Below, in pieces: positions 54,348 to 64,000 of a DNA stretch of 64,000 nt. A program made the translations under genes and the position numbers. The notes beneath the pieces were generated by a model that was not told the origin of the DNA, ran no database searches, and saw only the letters and a list, made by a program, of their open reading frames with translations. The stretch's first letter is position 1, and each line of letters starts with the position of its first letter. The stretch is from Octopus sinensis (lineage: Eukaryota): positions 17,980,001 through 18,044,000 of the forward strand of contig NC_043014.1 of assembly GCF_006345805.1 (NCBI RefSeq), written 5' to 3'.

Positions 54348-55367
54348 TACTACTACTACTACTACTACTACTAACAGTAGTAAACAACAGCATTTACTTA
54401 GGCGTCTCTTCAGGAAAGACCACCAACTTTTAAGTCCACGCCCCTATGTTTTATATATATATATATATATGTGCATACTCTCTCACACACACACTTACAC
54501 GAACACACAAACGAACACACACACACTTGTACTTACATACATATATACATACATAACTGCAGGCATGCATACCTTTACTGATATACACATAACCAAGTAA
54601 GCATGTACATATGTATATAAGTATGTGTTTGAGTATGTATGTGTGGATGGGTGTGTTTGTATGTGCGTGCGTTTGTCTGAGTGTACGTGTATGTGTGTAT
54701 GTGTGTGCGTGCGTAATCGAACAAAGTAAGCTAAGAGTAATAACTCAGTGTTGTCAGTTGCACGAATGTAAAAAACTAATGCAGGTATTTTAAATGCCAT
54801 ACAAAATAATTAATTACTTGGAGGGGCAACGCATTTCGTTATGCAATCATAATTCGTTGTTGTTGGCATCGTTGTTGTTGCGCATAAACTAATCCAGTCT
54901 GGTTTTTACATTTCATGTCCTCTCCAGTTTCCTCTCCAATCTTGCGCAGGCCTGGGCTGGATGTAAGAAAATCCTGGGTAGCCCAATCTTCAGGATTCCT
55001 CTCTCGATCTTTCTGACGTAGTCCAAAGGAGTGCAGAGCATTACGTTTGGCACCAGCTTGATTGCAGGAGCTGCCGGAAGAGTGTCGAGTCGAACACTAA
55101 ACCGCCTACGGGGCTCCACTCCGGATTTCTTTGAAGGTTGTCTCCTTTCCGTTATCCTGGATAGGCCCTATACCGGGTACTGTCAGCCGGAGCCAGCTGA
55201 GCCCGGGACTCGTGTCAGGCAGGGTTGTCACTCCCTGAAGTAGTGAAGAAAATCGCTACTCACTATCCTGATGCAATCATAATATACTACAAGGTATATT
55301 ATACTCCTTATAAATCAATACTGTACTACTGTGTTAGCAGTGCTATCAAAACACTTTTTAACGTTAT

Positions 55368-55575
55368 CTTTTTGCTTGTTTCAGTCATTTTGACTGTGGC
55401 CATGCTGGAGCACGGCCTTATAGGGTTTTAGTCGAAGAATTCGATCCTAGGAGTTATTCTTTGTAAGCCTAGTACTTATCCTATCGGTCTCTTTCGCCGA
55501 ACCGCTAAGTCACGGGGACATAAACACACCAGCATCGACTGTCAAGTGATTGCGAGGGGACAAACACAGACACAC
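55368..55575 (-). mobile_element. SINE family B, 3' half
   Basis: Reverse complement of 49430-49640. Confidence 0.8.
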
Positions 55576-56129
55576 ACTCTCTCTCTCTTTCCCTCACATA
55601 CACACACACACACACGCACGCATACACACACACATTTTATGAGCTTCTTTCAGTTCCGTCTAAAAGATCCATTCACAAGACTTTGGTCGACTCGAGACTA
55701 GTAAGATACACATGCCCCTACAGATTTTCTATAGAAATTATAACCAAATCGATGCTGTCTATAATTTATATACAAAATCTGTATGGATAACCTTAAGAAG
55801 TCTTACAAAATAAATACTTGATTTATAAATATTATCTCCTTTCTTAATTACCAAATGGTAAATGAGACTAGCTCCACTTGAGATGGGAAGATAATCATCT
55901 TAGAACCAAGGATTGATTTCTCTATAGCTGACATACCACTAAGGAAAAGGAAATATCTATTTTCTGGAGATAAGGGGACATGCGTTTCTGCCCTAACAGG
56001 TGTCCTTAGCACATTTGTCCCATCTTTGTCCCAGTTACGAAACATGACAGAATATGCAGATTATTGCTGTTTTTAACCGGTATGAACATAAATACAAACA
56101 CACACCACATACGCGTGCGCACAGTGGCA

Positions 56130-56160
<31 letters not shown>

Positions 56161-56361
56161 GCACGAGAGCCACAACGGCCGCTACCACCACCACCACCAC
56201 CACTATTACCATGTTTACATGCTTGTCTCTATACCCGCCTCTGCAACCATCACATCAACCACACTGCACCCCGAAATTAACCCCAAAAAAGCGTAACAGC
56301 CATTGACTTCTCTTTCCTCAAAGAACACACGTGTGCACAGCAACAAACATGCACACACACA

Positions 56362-56408
<47 letters not shown>

Positions 56409-56531
56409 CCACCTACACACACACACATACACACACACACACACACTCCCGCAGCGCCTTACATATATACACACGTATATGCACACCACATATAGACACA
56501 CTGTCAAAGACACTATAGATGTGTGTGTGTA

Positions 56532-56574
<43 letters not shown>

Positions 56575-56589
56575 AGTAAGAAGCTTGCT

Positions 56590-57015
56590 CGGCGCAGGTG
56601 TGGCTGAGTGGTAAGATGCTTGTTTCCCAACCACAAGGTTTTGGCATCAGTTCCACTGCGTGTCAGCTTGGACAAGTATCTTCTACTTTAAGACTTGGGC
56701 CAACCAAAGCTTTGTGAGTGAATTTGCTAGGCGGAAACTGAAAGAAGCCCTCGTTTATATATATATATATATATATATTTCTATGTGTGCGCTTTTGTGT
56801 CTGTATTTGTTCCCCCACCATCACCTAACAACCGATGTTGGTGTGTTTACATCCCCGTGACTTAACAGTTCAGCAAAAGCAGCCGATAAAGTAAGTAATA
56901 GGCTTACAAAGAATAAATCCTGGTGTCGATTTCATCGACTAAAACACTTTAAAGTGGTGTTCCAGCATGGTCGCAGTCAAATGACTGAAACAAGTTAACG
57001 AATAAAAGAATAAAA
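56590..57015 (+). mobile_element. SINE family B
   Basis: Collinear with 49247-49643. Confidence 0.85.
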
Positions 57016-57335
57016 GAATGCACACATATTTCTCTTACATATATACCCATAACGTATATACAATGTGGGCGGCAAAAGTAAGTTTCCTGTATGTATCACA
57101 TCAATGTTATAATCCTTAATTCATTAAATTATTAGACATTAAATTAGTTAACCCCATTTTAGATATTTTCAGTGTCATTAATCATAATACTACATTTATT
57201 GTAACTCTGATAATAATTTTGTCGTAACTTTTAACTTTTTTGATTAAAATAAATGAGTATTGTATGTGTTTTCTTTTTACATAACGGTATACCTACTTTT
57301 GCACAACCCTGCATATATATATATATATATATATA

Positions 57336-57714
57336 TCTATATATAAACGGCAGTTTGTCTGTGCGTGTTTCTTCTGTGTCTGTTTTCTTGTACCCTCACC
57401 CTGACCACGGCTTTCAACCGATTTGATGAAACTTGACACACTCATAGCCCAATGTCATAATTCAAAACTAACGCAGCGAAAATTTTGAAAAGTTCCCCCA
57501 GTTCTGAAAAAATCGATAAATTCGACATGGGGTCGAGAATCAGAACACCAACCACAGACTGTCTAGGGGACGCAACTCGACCCTTTTAACTCTCAAAAAA
57601 AAATTTACCATAATTTTTTTTCCATTTTTTTGCTATTTTTTGGCTATAACTCTCTAAAAATGCTTTATAGTTATTTCCCTTACAAACACGAGCAACGCCG
57701 GGCGATACTGCTAG
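57336..57714 (+). mobile_element. Non-autonomous Helitron-like element
   Basis: TCTATATATAAAC start, agcaacgccgggcgatactgCTAG end, in a TA tract. Confidence 0.8.
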
Positions 57715-57743
57715 TATATATATATATATATATATATTATATA

Positions 57744-58145
57744 CAGGCGCAGGCGTGGCTGTGTAATAAGAGGCTTGCTTCACAACCACATAGTTCCGAG
57801 TTCAGTTCCACTGCGTGGCACTTTGGGCTAGGGTTCGGTCTTCTACTATAGTTTCGGGCCGACCAGAGTATTGTGAATGAATTTGGTAGAGAGAAACTGA
57901 AAGTAGCTTGTAGTATACATGTATGTGTGCTTGTGTTTAACTCCTGCCATCTTTTGTCAAACAATGCAGGTATGTTTATGTGTCCGTAGGCTAGCGGTTC
58001 GGCAAAAGAAACCGATAGAATAAGTACTACGCTTACAAAGAACAAGTTCTGGGGGCGATTTCTTTGACTAGAACATTTTAAGGTGGTGCTCCAGCATGGT
58101 CGCAGTCAAACGACCGAAACAAAACAAGTAAAAGAATGAAAGAAT
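57744..58145 (+). mobile_element. SINE family B
   Basis: Collinear with 49247-49643. Confidence 0.85.
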
Positions 58146-58575
58146 ATGTATATACTTATTTGCATGTAAATATATATATATAAATACATGTGATTTTGTA
58201 TGTATGGACCTATATGTGTGTGAGTGTTATATTTTTCCACGTACACAATCTCACCTGCCACAATCACACTTAACCCTGTTTATTTCTCACTCAATTTCGT
58301 TATCAGCCATTCTCTGTCTCCCACATTGTCTTCCTCTATGTCTTCCCTACAGTTCTTATCCTATCATTAATCCCTCAAATCCACAATAACAGCTCCTCTC
58401 ATTCCAATTCCAACTCTTCCTAACACTCACTACCACGCAATGTCAGTTGTGGTTATTAACATGCTGGTCTTCTTTTTGGTTGCCCTCTTTATTTATCCTT
58501 TGCAGCGTTTCAAATAGACATGCATAAAGCAACCCCCACCATAGGTAGAAATAGATATAGGTAAATATCTATACC

Positions 58576-58617
<42 letters not shown>

Positions 58618-58957
58618 TGCGTACACACACACACACACACTTATTTATATACGCATATGTATGAATATACATAAATGTAGTATTATTTTATTCTTTTATG
58701 TTTTAGACTTGAGGCTGCGACCATGCTGGGGTATCATCTCTCTCTTTCTCACTCTCTCTCTCTCTATATATATATAAATATAGTGTGTGTGTGTATATAA
58801 TACACACGCGCGTGCGCACAAAAGTGCACGCACACAATATATACATATATGTGTGTTCGTCTGAGTGTGTGTGTGTGAGTGCGTGTGTGTACGGCGCATG
58901 TTTCCGTACTCTTTCTGTCTATCAAATTTACTCCCGAGAATATATATATATATATAT

Positions 58958-58992
<35 letters not shown>

Positions 58993-59098
58993 TTGTATAT
59001 GTGTATGTACATATATATATATATATGTATGTATGTATGTACGCACGTATGTATGTATGAATGTATGTATGTGTGTATCTATCTATCGATCTACCTAC

Positions 59099-59182
<84 letters not shown>

Positions 59183-59911
59183 ATGCCCGCCTATACGCGT
59201 GTCACCTTGGGTAACTGTCTACTAATATAGCCTCGGGCCGATCATATCCTTCTGAGTGTATCTGTTAGACGGAAACTGAAACAAGCCTGTCGTAGGTATA
59301 ACTATATACGTAACTGAAAAAAATGTGTCAACCAGAAGGAACACGATGTTGACTCCAATTTTTTTCAATTATCTAATTACACACGACAGATGCCCAAACT
59401 CAAACTTGGAGTACGTATAATACTGGATAGCACAGGGTGAAATCTGAATGTGGACGAGCCTTATACTGTACTTTACTACGTTCTTTACAAAATATACCAT
59501 AATTACATAGATATGTATATATCTATGTGTATGTTTCTGTGTTTATCACTCCGTTGGTGTGTTTATGTTCTCGTAAGGTAGCGGTTCGGCAAAACAGACC
59601 GATAGAATAAGAACTAGGCTTACAAAGAATAAGTTTTGGGATCGATTTCTTCAACTAAAAGACCCTGTAAGGTTGTGCTCCGGCATGACTGCAATGAAAT
59701 GAGTGAAACAAGTAAAAGAAGAGAAGAATACATACATACATACATACTACATACATACATACATATACATACATACATACATATATATATATAGATATAT
59801 ATATATATAATATATGTATAATAGTATGTATGTATGTATATATATATATATATATATATTATATAACATATATATATATATATAAAATATATATATATAT
59901 ATATAGATATC

Positions 59912-59942
<31 letters not shown>

Positions 59943-60057
59943 TATATATATATAATGTATATATAATGTTATATAATATTTATATATACATAGATGGGTA
60001 TATATACGTTCGCGTATGTGTTACATTTAGATATGGTATAACATACTTATATGTATG

Positions 60058-60145
<88 letters not shown>

Positions 60146-60247
60146 TATGTATATATATATATATAATTTATGGGAACGTAAAGACACCAATACCGGTTGT
60201 CAAGCGTGGTGTGGGTGTGATAGGTACCATGCACGCATATATATATA

Positions 60248-60511
60248 CAATTGTAGCGTGGAAGATGTTTGTAAGCCATTTAAGAAACACACAAATGCCG
60301 TTCGATTCACTTCAACATTTAAGTTTAATTTGTCAAAATATTTTCGTCGCTATAAGACCGCGACCTGTTCACTGACAAAAATCCGTGCCAGTGAATCGAA
60401 CGGCTTTTGTGTGTTTCTTAAATGGCTTACAAACACCTTCCACGCTGCAACTGTTTTCGTTCCAGCACACCGATCTCAGATCAAATCACTTGCTATGCAA
60501 GTACATCTCCG
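60248..60511. mobile_element. Hammerhead-bearing element with 60-bp inverted arms, in a TA tract
   Basis: 60252-60311 is approximately the reverse complement of 60390-60449, and the HHR lies between the arms. Confidence 0.8.
60329..60379 (-). ncRNA. Minimal type I hammerhead ribozyme, G3-C8 core variant
   Basis: UUUGUCA GUGAACA G GUCGC-loop-GCGAC GAAA AUAU UU UGACAAA: 7-bp stem I, 5-bp stem II, palindromic AAUAUU stem III. Confidence 0.8.
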
Positions 60512-60856
60512 TATATATATATATATATATATAATATATGTATATATATTATATATATATATATATATAATATATATATATCTATAGAGGAGAGAGAGAG
60601 AGAGAGAGATAGATAGAAAGATAGATATAGATAGATAGATAGATGGAAGATGAATAGACAGATAGATAGATATATAATATAATATATAGGACAGTCTTCT
60701 TTTAAGGCGCTCGCTTCTGGTGCAACGCAGTGGGACTGAATTTAGAACCTTCTGGTTGGGAAGCAAACTACTAGCCACACAGCTATACCATAGGTAAAGT
60801 ATAAAGATAAAACATATTTTTATTGTGTCTAGAGTGCGTCATTATGTCAATGTAAA

Positions 60857-61405
60857 GGCGGCGAGCTGGCAGAAACGTTAGCACGCCGGGCGAAATGCGA
60901 ACCCGTACGTTCTGAGTTCAAATTCCGACGAGGTCGACTTGCCTTTCATCCTTTCGGGGTCGATAAATTAAGTACCAGTTACGCACTGGGGTCGATGTAA
61001 TCGATTTAATCCGTTTGTCTGTCCTTGTTTGTCCTTTATGTGTTTAGCCCCTTGTCGGTATTAAAGAAATAGTTATTTCGTCTGCCTCTACGTTCTGAGT
61101 TCAAATTCCGCCGAGGTCGACTTTGCCTTTCATCCTTTCGGATGTAATGTATTCGAATAAATAAGTACAAGTTACTCACTGGGGTCGATATAATCGACTT
61201 AATCCGTTCGTCTGTCCTTGTTTGTCTCCTCTGTGTGTAGTCCCTTGTAGGTAGTAAAGAAATAGGTATTTTCTCTGAGTTCAAATTCTGCAGGGGTCGA
61301 CTTTGCCTTTCATCATTTTGGGGTCGATAAATTAAATACTGGGGTCGATCTAATCGACTGACCCCTTCCCCAAAATTTCGGGCCTTGTGCCTAGAGTAGA
61401 AAAGA
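60857..61405 (+). mobile_element. Trimeric SINE family A insertion with a putative 15-bp target-site duplication
   Basis: Three head-to-tail family A units. attatgtcaatgtaa (60841-60855) and attatgtcaatataa (61405-61419) flank them. Confidence 0.75.
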
Positions 61406-61519
61406 TTATGTCAATATAATTAACACACACGCCGGTTCAATTCAACTCATTTATTAAATATCCAGCGATGGTAAATTACCGCACCCCTTTCAGGTTTTTT
61501 TTTTTCTCTACAGAAGGCC

Positions 61520-62090
61520 ACTTTTTCGACTGCGGAGAACCGAATCTGCAAAAGAAAATCAGCATTTCAAAATGACTTTTAAATTGTTTTTTTTTTTTTT
61601 TTTGGTAATTGGTATTTAAAAAGTGGATCTTCGGTTTGGCTGTTGTTTCTAGCTTGTCGGACTTAAAAACTGAAGATTTTGAAAACCACCAAAACACGTT
61701 TTCATAATTTGAATTCTCCCCTCTCTATCCCGATGGCAAAGAAGAAAAATGGGGTAGGGGAAATTAAAATTTTGAAAACGTGATTCGTCGTTTAGCTGCT
61801 GTTTCTAGCATGTTGAGTTTTCTGTTTAGATACTTTTTACATCTGCTATTTTCGTAGGAGGGGAGGGTTTTTTAAAATTTATAATTATTTCTTTTGAAAA
61901 ATTGAAATTTTACAAATTTTTTTTCAGAATCATAATCTCCGTATTTTTCTACGTATTTCGCCCCAAAAAAGTTTCTTAAAAGAGTGAAAAATTGTGTGGT
62001 GGGGTGGCGCACGCGCGACAGGGGTTTAAAAAATTTTGAAATGCCGATTTTTTTGCAGATTCTGAATCTCCGCAGTCGAAAAGGTGGGTT
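61520..62090. mobile_element. MITE-like element with ~55-bp imperfect inverted repeats
   Basis: ctttttcgactgcggagaaccgaatctgcaaaa...atttcaaaat versus attttgaaat...ttttgcagattctgaatctccgcagtcgaaaagg. Confidence 0.55.
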
Positions 62091-62868
62091 TCTATAGCAA
62101 AAATAAAATTAAAAAAGAATAAAAAGAAAGAAAATAACCGAAAGTGGGTGAGGTCCATGTCCTTTACCCACGACAAATATCCAATTGTCTTGTAAACTAG
62201 ATACAAAGATAAAACACATGCTTTATAACAAAATTAGACCGATGGTACAAAAGAAGACAGCGTACAGTGGACGTGGTAGGTAAAGAGTTAATCTGTAACA
62301 TTTTTTTTCTTTTAAACTCAGTATCACTTTAAAACATTTTGTATTAATTCATTATATTTTACATTGAAAGTACACATTTAACATTTTGCTTATTTAACTT
62401 GTCAGTACATGTCTTCAACAATTTACATCATGCATTCGGATTAGATGTTCTTTCACCAAGCTGATAAAGGTTATCATATTTATATTTCCAATATATATTT
62501 CCTTCAATTCTAGTTAATACAATTGTAATATCTATGACATTAATACAATTGTAATATCTATGATATTAATACAGTTGTAATGTCTATGCTATTTTCATCC
62601 ACTTTTCACCAATCCCCGCAAATATATATCTCGTATCCCTATACTCATTTTTATCGCACCTATACGTCACCGACCCACCTGTCATTCAACTTGTCAATTA
62701 TTCTTCGTCATTCGGACACAGGAAATTTTCCCATACACATACGCGCGCGCACACACACACATAATACACACGCACACATGTGTTTGTATGTAGACGTGTT
62801 TATATGAATATATATGAGTATATAAGTACATGTATGTGTATATGAATAAATGTGTGTATGTCTGTCTG

Positions 62869-62959
<91 letters not shown>

Positions 62960-63119
62960 GTACGTGTGAATATTTGTGCGTGTGTGTGCGTATGTGTGTT
63001 TACTTGCAAGATGAAAAAAAAATTCCTTAAAATACTTAAATAAGAAACTTAATCAAATCCTTGGCCGCTAAATATTTTAACTGGAAAATTACTATCGATG
63101 TTATCTAGGTATTATTTCA

Positions 63120-63154
<35 letters not shown>

Positions 63155-63261
63155 ATATATATACATATAGGTATGTACATATATGTATGAATATATGCAT
63201 ATATTTATATATTATTTATATATATACCACACATTCACTCCTACGCCTCTTATATATATAA

Positions 63262-63678
63262 GGCGTAGGAGTGGCTGTATGGTAAGTAGCTTGCTTACCA
63301 ACTACATAGTTCCGGGTTCAGTACCAGTGCGTGGCACCTTGGCAAGTATCTTCTACTATAGCCTCGGGCCGACCAAAGCCTTGTGAGTCGATTTGGTAGA
63401 CGGAAACTGAAAGAATCCCGTCGTATATATGTATATATATATGTATGTATGTGTGTGTATACGTTTGTGTGTCTGTGTTTGTCCCCCCAATATCGCTTGA
63501 CAACCGATGCTGGTGTGTTTATGTCCCCCGTAACTTAGCGGTTCGGCAAAAGAGATCGATAGAATAGTACTAGGCTTACAAAAGAATAAGTCCTGGGTTC
63601 ACTTTGCTCGACCTAAGGCGGTGCTGAAGCATGGCCACAGTCAAATGACTGAAACAAGTAAAAGAATAAAAGAATAAT
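63262..63678 (+). mobile_element. SINE family B, full length
   Basis: Collinear with 49247-49643. Confidence 0.9.
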
Positions 63679-64000
63679 GTATATATATACATATATAATT
63701 ACGGCGGTGCCCCAGCTTGACAACAGCTCTCAAGGTCTCAAATCGTGTGTGTGTATAAATATGTGTGTGCATGTGAGCGTATGGTGTGTGAGTGTGAGTG
63801 TGTGTCTTTGTGAATGTGTTAGTTCCCCTCCCGCCCCCGACAAGCGGTGTTGGTGTGTTACGTCACCGCAAACTAGTGGTTCGGGAAAAGGGTTTCACAG
63901 AATAAGCAAAAGGCTATAAAAAATGAAGTCCTGGCGTAGAGTCGTTCGACTAAAAATTTTTTAAGATGGTGTCCTGACGTAGGTGTAGTCTAATGACTGA

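Noticed and set aside
62514-62588. 26-bp unit repeated about three times
   Set aside because: An ordinary AT-rich minisatellite with no further structure.

Overview
AT-rich, microsatellite-saturated animal genomic DNA. The SINE repertoire suggests an octopus or other coleoid cephalopod (inference from recalled family features, not a database hit). I found no convincing host protein-coding exon. Nearly all ORFs in the track are translations of (TA)n, (CA)n, (ATGT)n, (TAC)n and similar tracts. The remainder is transposable-element debris: several tRNA-derived SINE families, a 5'-truncated R4/Dong-like RLE LINE with an intact 226-aa C-terminal ORF, Tx1- and RTE-like LINE ends, two mariner relics and mariner MITEs, a piggyBac relic, non-autonomous Helitron-like elements, a 5S-derived fragment, two near-identical tandem duplications and a 100-N gap. 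The main observation is at least five sequence-unrelated families of small non-coding elements that each carry a minimal type I hammerhead ribozyme (HHR) with a palindromic stem III. Most copies sit in (TA)n tracts or show a partial-tandem plus divergent-inverted architecture typical of Penelope-like elements and retrozymes. The catalytic-core 3-8 pair appears as C-G, U-A and G-C in different families. One locus (28076-29415) holds three ~98-99% identical 445-bp units, with a complete ribozyme-to-ribozyme monomer and a circularly permuted inverted copy. Activity is inferred from structure only.
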